From an uncultured Planctomycetia bacterium (lineage in GTDB: Bacteria; Omnitrophota; Gorgyraeia; Pluralincolimonadales; Pluralincolimonadaceae), in assembly GCA_964650515.1 (NCBI GenBank), contig CAZYUB010000010.1:12938-76937 (forward strand): a DNA stretch of 64,000 nucleotides, read 5' to 3'. The notes below the pieces were generated by a model, which saw nothing but the letters and a program-made list of their open reading frames with translations, had not been told where the DNA came from and searched no databases. How positions within the stretch are numbered: position 1 is the first letter of the stretch; each line of letters begins with the position of its first letter. Below are positions 20,563 to 30,084 of this stretch, one piece after another. The translations under genes were made by a program, and so were the position numbers.

Positions 20563-22097
20563 TTTTTCCGCCTCAAATTGATATAATTATAGATTGAATA
20601 AAGGGTTAAGTCAAACAAAAAAACCCCGGCGCATACCCAGGCGAAGAGATCCCCGTACCTCATATACGGCGTACGGCTCCTTGCCGGTATTATATTGGCG
20701 GTAGCGAAACCGTCCGTGAATATCCTCTTTCCGGAGGTATCCTGCACGCTCTGGGTGATCCTGCCGTTGCGGTCTATGAAGCACGACTGCCCGGTATTCG
20801 CGGCCCTTACGACATTGAGCCGGTTCTCGACCGCGCGGAACACCGACGACTGCGTATGCTGGTAAGGCGCGCCCGTATCCATATACCACGCGTCATTCGT
20901 TATGACCACGAGGAACTCCGCGCCACGCCTCGCGAAGATCCTTGAGATCTCCGGGAAGACGTCCTCGAAGCATATCAGCACGGCGAATTTCACGCGGCCC
21001 CTCTTTTGCGTCGGTATCTCGAATATAGTATAATCCTTGCCAGGCGAATAATCCTCGCCCATGTCATAACGCTTCTTTATGAACGAGAGGTACGAATTGC
21101 CGAAAGGCACGTATTCCCCGAACGGAACGAGATGGACCTTGTCGTAGCGCTGGGCCATCTCGCCGGTGTTCGATACAAGCACCGCGCTGTTGTAATAGCG
21201 CACGCCCTCGGGCACCTTCTCCGTCTGGGTCCCGACGAGGATATAGGAACCCGTCTCTTTCGCAAGCGCCGCTATCCTGTCCCGCAGTTCTTTCTGTGTC
21301 TCGAGGAAACCCGGCACTGATGTCTCGGGCCATACGATGAGGTCGGGCTTCTCCTTCGCCGCCTCTCTCGTCAGCGCGATATACTTATCGAGTATGGCGC
21401 CGGCGAACCTCTCGTCCCATTTCTGCGATTGCGGGATATTACCCTGTATGACCGACACCTTCACCGGCTCGCCCGTATTCCGGATGTCCTGGACATAATA
21501 GCCGTATATCATTACCGCGATCATTATGATCACCAGCAGCGCGAGATACCTCGCTTCCGGCTTGTGCCCTTTTATCTTCTTCTTTATCTTCGACGATATT
21601 ATGACGTTCGTGAATACGACGAGGAACGAGACGCCGTACGCGCCGAAAGTGTCGGCTATCTGTATCATCGGCAGCGTCTCCCACTGCGTATGGCCCAGGA
21701 GCGCCCATCCGAAACCCGTAAAGATGTTGCTCCTGAGGAACTCTATCGCTACCCAGAGGCAGCCGACGAGCAGCGCGAACCTGAGGCGCGGCTTCGGGAA
21801 TTGCATCGACAGGATCTCAGCGCCGAGCGCGAATAACCCGAAGAATATCGCGAGATACAGCGTCAGGATGATTATTCCTATTATCGCGACATACCCGAGC
21901 CAGTAGAGCGTGCCGGCAAAGAAAAGCAGCCCCGTTATGTAGCCGGTAAAGAACGCCTGAAGCGGGCGCTCGCCGCGTATCGCTATCAGCATAGGAACGA
22001 GCGCGAACCACGCGATATACGACACGTTGAACGCCGGATAAGAGAGCGTAAGCAGTAACGCCGATAACAACGGCAGGTATACTAAGCGCCGCAGCAT
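20550..22097 (-). CDS. lnt: apolipoprotein N-acyltransferase
   Basis: N-terminal multi-TM domain plus a C-terminal CN-hydrolase domain (WPETSVP..., [11 protein letters not shown]). 515 aa. Confidence 0.8.
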   Translation of the reverse strand: MLRRLVYLPLLSALLLTLSYPAFNVSYIAWFALVPMLIAIRGERPLQAFFTGYITGLLFFAGTLYWLGYVAIIGIIILTLYLAIFFGLFALGAEILSMQFPKPRLRFALLVGCLWVAIEFLRSNIFTGFGWALLGHTQWETLPMIQIADTFGAYGVSFLVVFTNVIISSKIKKKIKGHKPEARYLALLVIIMIAVMIYGYYVQDIRNTGEPVKVSVIQGNIPQSQKWDERFAGAILDKYIALTREAAKEKPDLIVWPETSVPGFLETQKELRDRIAALAKETGSYILVGTQTEKVPEGVRYYNSAVLVSNTGEMAQRYDKVHLVPFGEYVPFGNSYLSFIKKRYDMGEDYSPGKDYTIFEIPTQKRGRVKFAVLICFEDVFPEISRIFARRGAEFLVVITNDAWYMDTGAPYQHTQSSVFRAVENRLNVVRAANTGQSCFIDRNGRITQSVQDTSGKRIFTDGFATANIIPARSRTPYMRYGDLFAWVCAGVFLFDLTLYSIYNYINLRRKNWKK

Positions 22098-24895
22098 TTT
22101 TTATATTTCTTTCCGCTCCCGCACGGGCAGGGGTCGTTCCTGCCGACCTTGGGAGCATCTCTTTCTATGGGCGCTTGCTTAGCGTCCAGGGGAGACGCCT
22201 CGGGCGGGGCCCCATGCCCGACCTCGGGTCTCTGCCCAGCCATAGGCTGGGCAATCCTCGAGGCGAGCGAGCCCATGTCGCGGTGTATCATCTGCTGCGG
22301 CACGGAGTCGAATACGCCTTTCGGTTTCTCCTGGCTGACGACCTGCACCCTGAATATCAGTTCGAGCGCGTCATCCTGGATGCTGTTCATCATCTGCTCG
22401 AACATCGCGAAACCCTCGTTCTTGTACTCTATGAGCGGGTCCACCTGCCCGTACGCGCGCAGGCCTATACCCTCTTTCAGGCCGTCCATCGCGTAGAGGT
22501 GTTCTTTCCATTTCGAATCTATCATGTCGAGCAGTATGGTCTTTTCTATGCGGCGCGCGACGTCGGCGCCGAGCACGAACTCCCTCTTCTCGTAATGCTT
22601 GTTTATTATCCCGAGAAGCGCCTCCCTCGCCTGTTCGCGCGAGCCCTTGAACAATTCATCGCGCCCCGCCGGCAACGCTATGCCGAGTTTCCCGCGGAAC
22701 CATTCGTCGAGGCCCTTAAAATCCCATTCGTCGGGATGCAGCTTCTCTTCCATGAAGCGGCCCATCGCGCCGTCGAGGCCGTTCTCCACCGCCGCGGCGA
22801 CGTATTCGCGCAGGTCCTTACCCTCGAGCACGGAGCGCCTTTCGGAGTAGATTACCTCCCTCTGCTTGTTCATTACGTTATCGTATTCGAGGAGCTGTTT
22901 CCTGATCTCAAAGTTGTGCGCTTCGACGCGCTTCTGTGCGGTCTCTATAGATTTCGAAACGATCGGGTGCTCTATCGGCTGGCCTTCTTCCATTCCGAGC
23001 TTTTCCATTATGAACTTTATCCTGTCGGAGCCGAATATCCTCATAAGGTCGTCCTCGAGCGAGAGGTAGAACCTCGACGAGCCCGGGTCTCCCTGGCGCC
23101 CGCAGCGGCCGCGAAGCTGGTTGTCTATGCGGCGCGCCTCATGGCGCTCTGTCCCGAGCACGTGCAGGCCGCCGAGCGAGACGACCTTGTTGTGCTCATC
23201 CTCGGCCTTCGACTTGAATTTCGAGAGCATCTCGATCTTTTCCTTAGGGTCTATGTCTTTCGGCTCTATGCCCTTCTGCCTGAAATAATCCAGCGCCATA
23301 TATTCGGGGTTGCCGCCGAGAAGGATGTCGGTGCCGCGGCCCGCCATATTCGTGGCGATCGTGACGGCCTGGTAGCGGCCCGCCTGCGCGATGATGCTCG
23401 CTTCCATCTCGTGGTATTTCGCGTTAAGTACCTGATGCGGTATGCCGCGGCGCTGCAGCATATGGCTCAGGCGCTCGGACTTTTCTATCGATATCGTGCC
23501 GACGAGCACCGGCTGGCCCTTCTTGTAAAGTTCCGTTATTTCGTTCGCGGCCGCCTCGAACTTCTCCTTCTCGGTCTTGTATATCGAATCGGCGAAATTC
23601 GTCCTGATCAGCGGCTTGTTCGTCGGGACGACGACCACGTCGAGCTTGTATATCTGGCTGAACTCGTTCGCCTCGGTCGCGGCGGTGCCGGTCATGCCGG
23701 CGAGCTTGTCGAACATCCTGAAATAATTCTGGAACGTGATGGTAGCGAGCGTCTGGTTCTCGCGCTCTATCTTAACGCCCTCTTTCGCCTCGACCGCCTG
23801 GTGGAGGCCGTCTGACCACCTGCGTCCCGGCATCAGGCGGCCCGTGAACTCGTCGACTATTATTACCTCGCCGTCCTTAATGACATATTCGACGTCGAGC
23901 TTGTAAAGCTCCTTCGCTAACAGCGCCTTCTCGACGCAGTGCCTCTCCTCTGCGAACTCCATCGAATGCATGTCCTTGATGCCCCACGCCTTGACGACCT
24001 TCGCTTCGCCCTGCTCGGTCAAATAGACCGCGTGGCTCTTTTCGTCGACAATAAAATCGCCGGTCTCCTCTTTCGTCTCCTGGTCCTTCACTCCCCTCTG
24101 CAGGCCCCTGACGATATCGGCGGCCCTGTAATACTTCTCGGTGGATTCTTCGGCCGGCCCGGATATGATAAGCGGCGTCCTCGCCTCGTCGACGAGTATC
24201 GAGTCGACTTCGTCGACGACGGAATAATGCAGGTTGCGCTGGACCATGTCCTCGAGCCGGTACTTCATGTTATCGCGCAGGTAATCGAAACCGAATTCGT
24301 TGTTCGTGCCGTATGTTATGTCGCTGCGGTAAGCGGCCTGGCGGTCCCTGTCGTTCATGTCGTGCTGTATCATCCCGACGGTCAGGCCGAGGAACTCGAA
24401 TATCGGGCCCATCCAGTACCTGTCGCGTTTCGCGAGGTAATCGTTGACCGTGACAATGTGCACGCCGAGGCCCGTGAGCGCGTTCAGGTAAGCCGGCAGT
24501 GTCGCGACGAGCGTCTTTCCTTCGCCGGTCGTCATCTCAGCGATCTTGCCCTCGTGCAGCACCATGCCGCCTATAAGCTGCACGTCGAAATGGCGCATGC
24601 CCGTCGTCCTCTTGCTCGCCTCGCGCACGACAGCGAACGCCTCGGGCAGTATCTCCTCGAGGGCTTCCGTCTCGAGCTTGCGCCTCTCGTCCTTGCCCAT
24701 CGAGGCGAGGTCCTGGCCCTTGAACTTATCCTTGAGCCGCGCGCGGTATTCGTCCGTCTTAGCGCGCAGCTGGTCGTCCGATAATTTGGAGACCTTCTCT
24801 TCGAAGGAGTTGACCAGCGCGACCTTCGGCCTCAGCCGCTTGATCTCCCTGTCGTTATGAGTGCCTATCACCGCCGAAAAAATATTACCGATCAT
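22082..24895 (-). CDS. secA: preprotein translocase subunit SecA
   Basis: DEAD-motor motifs ([27 protein letters not shown]) and the C-terminal zinc-binding tail [14 protein letters not shown]. 937 aa. Confidence 0.97.
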   Translation of the reverse strand: MIGNIFSAVIGTHNDREIKRLRPKVALVNSFEEKVSKLSDDQLRAKTDEYRARLKDKFKGQDLASMGKDERRKLETEALEEILPEAFAVVREASKRTTGMRHFDVQLIGGMVLHEGKIAEMTTGEGKTLVATLPAYLNALTGLGVHIVTVNDYLAKRDRYWMGPIFEFLGLTVGMIQHDMNDRDRQAAYRSDITYGTNNEFGFDYLRDNMKYRLEDMVQRNLHYSVVDEVDSILVDEARTPLIISGPAEESTEKYYRAADIVRGLQRGVKDQETKEETGDFIVDEKSHAVYLTEQGEAKVVKAWGIKDMHSMEFAEERHCVEKALLAKELYKLDVEYVIKDGEVIIVDEFTGRLMPGRRWSDGLHQAVEAKEGVKIERENQTLATITFQNYFRMFDKLAGMTGTAATEANEFSQIYKLDVVVVPTNKPLIRTNFADSIYKTEKEKFEAAANEITELYKKGQPVLVGTISIEKSERLSHMLQRRGIPHQVLNAKYHEMEASIIAQAGRYQAVTIATNMAGRGTDILLGGNPEYMALDYFRQKGIEPKDIDPKEKIEMLSKFKSKAEDEHNKVVSLGGLHVLGTERHEARRIDNQLRGRCGRQGDPGSSRFYLSLEDDLMRIFGSDRIKFIMEKLGMEEGQPIEHPIVSKSIETAQKRVEAHNFEIRKQLLEYDNVMNKQREVIYSERRSVLEGKDLREYVAAAVENGLDGAMGRFMEEKLHPDEWDFKGLDEWFRGKLGIALPAGRDELFKGSREQAREALLGIINKHYEKREFVLGADVARRIEKTILLDMIDSKWKEHLYAMDGLKEGIGLRAYGQVDPLIEYKNEGFAMFEQMMNSIQDDALELIFRVQVVSQEKPKGVFDSVPQQMIHRDMGSLASRIAQPMAGQRPEVGHGAPPEASPLDAKQAPIERDAPKVGRNDPCPCGSGKKYKKCCGA

Positions 24896-24909
24896 TACGG
24901 AGCCATCCT

Positions 24910-26032
24910 CTAGGGGCGCGAAGCGTCCCTGTTATTTTTACCTGCTGACCATTTTACGTATGCTTCTATCAGTCCATCAAGTTCGCCGTCGAGCACCTGG
25001 TTCGCTTTTCCGGTCTCGAATTCCGTCCTGTGGTCCTTGACCATCATATACGGGTGCAGCACGTAAGAGCGTATCTGGCTGCCCCACTCTATCTTCTGCT
25101 TCTCCGAATACATCGACTTGAGCTTCTCTTCCTGCTCCTGCTGCCTCCTCTCGAAGAGCCGCGCCTTGAGGACCTTCATCGCCGAATGCTTGTTCTTCAG
25201 CTGGGAGCGCTCGTTCTGGCACTGCACGACGAGACCCGTCGGGATATGCGTTATCCTGACGGCGGAGTCGGTCGTGTTGACTCCCTGGCCTCCCGGCCCC
25301 GACGCGCGGTAGACGTCAATGCGCAGCTCTTTCTCGTCGACCTGTATGTCTATGTCGTCCTCGACCTCGGGGATCACATCCACCGACGCAAAAGACGTGT
25401 GGCGCCTCTTGTTCGAATCGAACGGCGATATCCTGACGAGCCGGTGGACGCCGCGCTCGGACTTTAGGTAGCCGAACGCGTAATCTCCCCTCACGAGCAT
25501 CGTGACGTTCTTGACGCCCGCTTCTTCGCCCGCGAGATAATCGAGGACTTCCACCTTATAGCCCCTGTTCTGCGCGTAGCGGACATACATGCGGAAGAGC
25601 ATCGCGGCCCAGTCGCACGACTCGGTGCCGCCGGCGCCCGCATTTATCGAAAGTATCGCCGCGGACTTGTCGTGCTCACCCGAGAATAAAGCGGTGAATT
25701 CTATGCCTGCTATCTTCTTCGCGAGGTTTTCGAGGTCGCTCAAAAGCTGGGATACCGAGGCGCTGTCGGACGGCTCCGTTATGCCCGCGAGACCGGCGAG
25801 GTCATCAAGCTCCCCGGCGGATGCCTCCCACGGCTCAAGCTTCGCCTTAAGAGATTTCATCTCCTGGATGGTCTTGTTGGCCTTCTGCTGGTCGTCCCAG
25901 AAACCCGGGGCGGCCATCCGCTCTTCGTATTCCTTTATCTTCTTCCCGGCGGTATCGAGGTCAAAGATACCTCCGCAGGTTGGCGAGCGTGGTTTTGGCT
26001 TCTTCTATCTTCTTTTTCAGGTCTTCTAACAT
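24910..26032 (-). CDS. prfB: peptide chain release factor 2, containing the programmed +1 ribosomal frameshift
   Basis: ORF1 (26032..25964, [23 protein letters not shown]) ends in CTT TGA C at 25966..25960. A GGAGG SD-like element sits 3 nt upstream. A +1 shift joins ORF1 to the 24910..25962 frame (GGQ motif SGPGGQGVN present). Confidence 0.95.
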
Positions 26033-26058
26033 GGGAAAATTATACCAATTCGGGGGGC

Positions 26059-26529
26059 TTAAAACAAGGACAATAAATCGCCTTTTCCGGCTTTGACCGT
26101 CGCGCCGGGGGCTATGCCGTTCTTAGCGAACCAGCCGCGGTTGGCCTCGAGCGCGAAGCGGATTTGGCGGGATGCCGACATTACCGGCGTTTCGTCCATC
26201 GGCTCCATATCGCGGATCTCGAGGATGACACCCGCGCTGTCTATGAATGCGATCGACAGCGGTATGCGCGTGTCTTTCATATACATCATCATCTGCTGCG
26301 GTTCCCTGTAAAGGAAGAGCATCCCCTCGTCTTCCCCGAGTTCCCGGCGGTGCATGAGGCCCGCCTCCCTCTGCTCCTGTGTTACGGCAAGCTCGGCTTT
26401 CATGGCCTTGGGGCCGACCTGCAGCACGGTTATCGGGAGCCCGGCGGGGAATACTTCGCATGGCAGGAGCATTGCGGAGGAGGCAAGAAATATAATGACT
26501 GCGACACGGATGTTATACATATTGATCAC
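26059..26529 (-). CDS. DUF192-family secreted protein
   Basis: Signal peptide plus a ~120-aa domain resembling DUF192/COG1430 (LYREPQQMMMYMKDTRIPLSIAFID...). Confidence 0.45.
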   Translation of the reverse strand: MINMYNIRVAVIIFLASSAMLLPCEVFPAGLPITVLQVGPKAMKAELAVTQEQREAGLMHRRELGEDEGMLFLYREPQQMMMYMKDTRIPLSIAFIDSAGVILEIRDMEPMDETPVMSASRQIRFALEANRGWFAKNGIAPGATVKAGKGDLLSLF

Positions 26530-26535
26530 AGCCCG

Positions 26536-27030
26536 CTACCCCAGAACCTGCGGATTGAGTTGCCACACCGAATAGTTTAGCACGGAGGCGAAGCTGACCC
26601 AAACCAGGTACGGGATAAGCAACACGCCTGCCAACGGCCTGATACGCCAGAACACAATAAGCGTTGCAACGATAAGCACCCAAAGCAGGACGATGTTCGC
26701 GAAAGACAAAACACCTGAGTGCCAATAGAAGAACGGCCAACTCCAGAACGCATTAACTGCAAGTTGCACTAAAAACAGTGTAAGGGCTGTACGCGAGGCC
26801 CGAAATCCTCCGATACGCCAGACCAGCCACGCCGAAATACCTATGAGCGCGTACAGGATTGTCCACACAGGACCGAACAGGCCGGATGGCGGCGCCCACT
26901 CCGGGCGCACTAGCCGCGTATAAAACGGGCCGGCTTGTATAGTAGCAGCGCTGCCAATGGCAGCGGCAAAGTAACATACCGCAAGCCAGGTGACCAATCC
27001 GATAATCTGCCGGCCCTTAGGCAAAGCCAT
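26536..27030 (-). CDS. tspO: TspO/MBR tryptophan-rich sensory protein
   Basis: Five TM helices, Trp-rich (WPFFYW, WAPPSGLFGPVWTILY), the characteristic TspO/MBR pattern. Confidence 0.75.
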   Translation of the reverse strand: MALPKGRQIIGLVTWLAVCYFAAAIGSAATIQAGPFYTRLVRPEWAPPSGLFGPVWTILYALIGISAWLVWRIGGFRASRTALTLFLVQLAVNAFWSWPFFYWHSGVLSFANIVLLWVLIVATLIVFWRIRPLAGVLLIPYLVWVSFASVLNYSVWQLNPQVLG

Positions 27031-27033
27031 AAT

Positions 27034-27468
27034 TCACTCCAACTCCTGCCCGAGATACACCGACGAGCGCGGGGCGTGGTATCCCAGCATCACGAGGGCA
27101 ACCCCGGCGAAATAAAGCATATCCCTGATGAAATAACCGTTGAAGCGCAGGACGAGCCCGAATATCGCTATCCCCTCCGACAGCGCCCACGCGGCAATAA
27201 ACACTGTCATCGTCCTTTTGATCTCCTCGGGGCTTCCGGGTTTAAGTTTCCCTTTCCTGAGCAGGTCCGTCAGCGCGTACTTCCTCAAGGCGACCGAAAT
27301 AGCGGCCATCACTGCGGATTCGACGGCGAAGATAGCCATTAAAGGTTTTGGCGCCGCCCCTACAAGGGGTGTGTAATCAACCTTGACCGTATACGCGATA
27401 AATAAATACACGAATATGCTCAAGACAAACGACGCCCATATCACCCAAAGCATAAAGCCGCGGTTCAT
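27034..27468 (-). CDS. hypothetical 4-TM membrane protein
   Basis: 144 aa with four predicted TM helices and no recognisable motif. Tightly packed between the response regulator and tspO. Confidence 0.4.
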   Translation of the reverse strand: MNRGFMLWVIWASFVLSIFVYLFIAYTVKVDYTPLVGAAPKPLMAIFAVESAVMAAISVALRKYALTDLLRKGKLKPGSPEEIKRTMTVFIAAWALSEGIAIFGLVLRFNGYFIRDMLYFAGVALVMLGYHAPRSSVYLGQELE

Positions 27469-27845
27469 TCCTTCTCCTTATACGAGAGCGCCTTGTGTAT
27501 CTCATGCTTGACCTGCTCGAGGTCGAACGGCTTTGTGAGGTAGCCGATCACGCCGAGGTTATACGCCTTCTTTATATCGGTATATCCGCCAAGCGCGGAG
27601 ATGATGACTATCGGTATGGCCTGCGTGACGGGGTCCCTGTTCAGCATCTGGCAGACCTCGAACCCGCCGACATCCGGCATCATCAGGTCGAGCAGTATCA
27701 GGTCGGGCGCGAAGAGCCGGACCTTCTCTACCACGTTCTTCGCGTCCTTGAACGCCTCGACCTGGAACTCGCCGCCGGTTTCCAAACTCTTCTTCAGGAA
27801 GAACGCGAAATCCGCCTCGTCGTCGATAATCAGGATCTTATTCAT
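27465..27845 (-). CDS. single-domain response regulator (CheY-like receiver)
   Basis: ILIIDDE...LILLDLMMP with phospho-acceptor Asp context and a conserved K (YLTKPF). 126 aa, no output domain. Confidence 0.8.
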   Translation of the reverse strand: MNKILIIDDEADFAFFLKKSLETGGEFQVEAFKDAKNVVEKVRLFAPDLILLDLMMPDVGGFEVCQMLNRDPVTQAIPIVIISALGGYTDIKKAYNLGVIGYLTKPFDLEQVKHEIHKALSYKEKE

Positions 27846-27855
27846 CTTGCCTCCG

Positions 27856-28533
27856 TCATTTCTTCGCCTGTTCTACAAGCTTACGGACTTCCTCTATCGA
27901 GGAAGTCGAGCCGCCTACCTGCTTACCTTTCCTGTCAAACACCCGTATGTTAGGTACGGACTGTATGCCGTATTTCACGCAGACAGGTGTCCCCCAGTTG
28001 ACAATATCTATCTTCCTGAGCACGACGTCGGGGTCCGATTTCGCGAGTTCCTCCAATTTCGGCGCTATCGCCTTGCAGGGCCCGCACCATTCTGCGTAGA
28101 AATCAACGATGTTGACCTTGCCGGGCTCAAGCAGCAGCGCAAGGTCAACGTCAGCGCCTCCTTTTGAGACGACGGCCATATCGGCTATCAGCTTGATATC
28201 CTCGACGCTCTGCATGAATATCCTCTGCTCTGGGCCCGAATCACACCTGAATACAAGCACGCCGTGCGAAAGATAAGCGGGTGTGCAGGACAGCTGTTTA
28301 TTGCCTTTGAGGCGGATATTCGCCTTCTTGATGGCGGAAAACTCGAGCTTGTCCACCTGCGTCATTTTATATTTCTTTTCGGCGCCTTCTGTCGCGGCGA
28401 ATGTGACCGAATTCTTGTCGATCGCGACTACGTTGCCGTCTATTTTCTTATTGCCGAGGAGCGTCAGTGTATCCGCCCGCGCGGGGGACGGCAACAGCAA
28501 AATAAACGAAATGACGCACAGGATCTTGTTCAT
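27856..28533 (-). CDS. secreted thioredoxin-like protein
   Basis: Signal peptide (MNKILCVISFILLLPSPARA) and a C-terminal thioredoxin fold with WCGPC. The start is the internal Met at 28533, which has an AGGAAGGGAG RBS; the 28791 ORF start adds an Arg-rich spurious leader. Confidence 0.7.
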   Translation of the reverse strand: MNKILCVISFILLLPSPARADTLTLLGNKKIDGNVVAIDKNSVTFAATEGAEKKYKMTQVDKLEFSAIKKANIRLKGNKQLSCTPAYLSHGVLVFRCDSGPEQRIFMQSVEDIKLIADMAVVSKGGADVDLALLLEPGKVNIVDFYAEWCGPCKAIAPKLEELAKSDPDVVLRKIDIVNWGTPVCVKYGIQSVPNIRVFDRKGKQVGGSTSSIEEVRKLVEQAKK

Positions 28534-28847
28534 ATGCTCCCTTCCTTTTCGAGTGATAATAACAGCCTCTTCAGGGGGATGCCGTAAGCGTAACCGCCGA
28601 TATCGCCGCCGGAGGCGACGATGCGGTGGCAGGGGATTATGAGAGGCCACGGGTTGCGGTGGAGCGCCTGCGCGACGGCGCGTGTCGCCTTTGGATTGCC
28701 TATCTTCCCGGCGACCCACGCGTATGTGCGCGTCTCGCCGGAGGGTATCTTCATTATGCATTCGTAGACGCTTATCTCGAACGCGGTGCACCCGTCAAAC
28801 AGGGCGGACTTTTTTGCGGACTGTGCCTTTCCTTTTTTTTGTTTCAC
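28530..28847 (-). CDS. ogt: methylated-DNA--protein-cysteine methyltransferase DNA-binding/active-site domain (Ogt/MGMT, C-domain only)
   Basis: PCHRIV active-site motif within NPKATRAVAQALHRNPWPLIIPCHRIVASGGDIGGY. GTG start at 28847, immediately after an A8 tract, overlapping the uvrC-like 3' end in the +1 frame. Confidence 0.75.
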   Translation of the reverse strand: MKQKKGKAQSAKKSALFDGCTAFEISVYECIMKIPSGETRTYAWVAGKIGNPKATRAVAQALHRNPWPLIIPCHRIVASGGDIGGYAYGIPLKRLLLSLEKEGSI

Positions 28848-30084
28848 CTACAAGCGCCTTTCGCCTTAATATGTGGTGGTACCTTATCGCGAACCTGTGC
28901 GATTCGTCGCGGACCCGCTGGATAAGCTGCAGCGCTTTCGATGAAGGCGGCAGCGCTATCGGCAGGGCCTTATCCAAAGTATATATGTGCTCAAACACTT
29001 TTGCAAGCCCTATCATGGGGATCTTCTCCAAACCGAGCGCTTTCGTCTCGACAGCGGCCGAAGAGAGGTGCCCGCGCCCGCCGTCGATCAGTATGAGGTC
29101 CGGCAGGGCATCGCTGCGCTTCAGCACTCCGCTGTAACGCCGGCGGACTATCTCGCGCATCATGGCGTAGTCGTCCTGCCCTTCCACTTCTTTTATCCTG
29201 AACATCCTGTAATTCGATTTGTCCGGGCGGCCGTCTTTGAATGATACCATCGAGCCGCAGGCGTTCTCGCCCTTGATATTCGAGATGTCGAACGCCTCGA
29301 TGCGCCGCGGCAGCGATTGCATGCCGAGGACCTCGGCCAGTTCGGAAAGGCCCTGCGCGCCGGACGCGGCCCCCGCCCTCTTATGGACAGCGGTGCTGAG
29401 CGCCTCTATCTGGTTGCGAATCTCCGCCGCTTCCTCGAACCGCTTTTCGGCGGAGTATTCTTTCATCTTAGCGGTCAGCCGCCTGATCAGCTCGCTTTTC
29501 TTCCCCTCGATGAAGAGTATCACTTCTTTTATCCTGCCGGCGTAATCCTCTTTCGATATCTTTCCCTCGCACGGCGCGGAGCAGAGCCCGAGGTCGTCGT
29601 AGACGCACGCCCTTTTGGGTGATTTGGAACACGTGCGGAACATGAATATCCGGCGTATCGCCTTGACCGCCTCATGCAAAAGTGTCGCGTCGGTATACGG
29701 CCCGAAATATATCGAGCCGTCGCTCTTTTTGCCGCGTGCGACCATGACGCGCGGGAAGTCGTCGGACATGGTTATCTTGATGAGCGGGTAGGTCTTGCTG
29801 TCACGGAGTTCGACGTTGTATTTCGGCTGGTATTCCTTGATAAGGTTTGATTCGTAGAGCAGCGCCTCGGCTTCCGTCGCTGTCGTCACATGGTCTATAT
29901 CGCGTATCTTTTCTACAAGCGCCTCTATCCTCGGCCCGTGGTCCTTCGAGCGCCGGAAATACGAGCGGACCCTGTCGCGCAGCGAGGACGCCTTGCCGAC
30001 GTAAAGGACCTTCCCGTCGCCGTCCTTGAAGATATAAACACCTGGCCGTAACGGGAGGCCGCTTACCTTCTCCTTGAGATCCAT
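28795..30084 (-). CDS. uvrC: excinuclease ABC subunit C homolog lacking the C-terminal (HhH)2 domain
   Basis: GIY-YIG (GVYIFKDGDGKVLYVGKA), UVR (KRFEEAAEIRNQIEAL) and RNaseH-like endonuclease (IEAFDISNIKGE...DESHRFAI) domains. The ORF stops at ...RFAIRYHHILRRKALVGETKKRKGTVRKKVRPV, exactly where the HhH module begins in canonical UvrC. Confidence 0.8.
   Translation of the reverse strand: MDLKEKVSGLPLRPGVYIFKDGDGKVLYVGKASSLRDRVRSYFRRSKDHGPRIEALVEKIRDIDHVTTATEAEALLYESNLIKEYQPKYNVELRDSKTYPLIKITMSDDFPRVMVARGKKSDGSIYFGPYTDATLLHEAVKAIRRIFMFRTCSKSPKRACVYDDLGLCSAPCEGKISKEDYAGRIKEVILFIEGKKSELIRRLTAKMKEYSAEKRFEEAAEIRNQIEALSTAVHKRAGAASGAQGLSELAEVLGMQSLPRRIEAFDISNIKGENACGSMVSFKDGRPDKSNYRMFRIKEVEGQDDYAMMREIVRRRYSGVLKRSDALPDLILIDGGRGHLSSAAVETKALGLEKIPMIGLAKVFEHIYTLDKALPIALPPSSKALQLIQRVRDESHRFAIRYHHILRRKALVGETKKRKGTVRKKVRPV

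Noticed and set aside
22175-23815. 546-aa plus-strand ORF opposite secA
   Set aside because: Completely embedded antisense to SecA, with Arg/Leu/Glu-rich composition and no recognisable domain. Shadow ORF.
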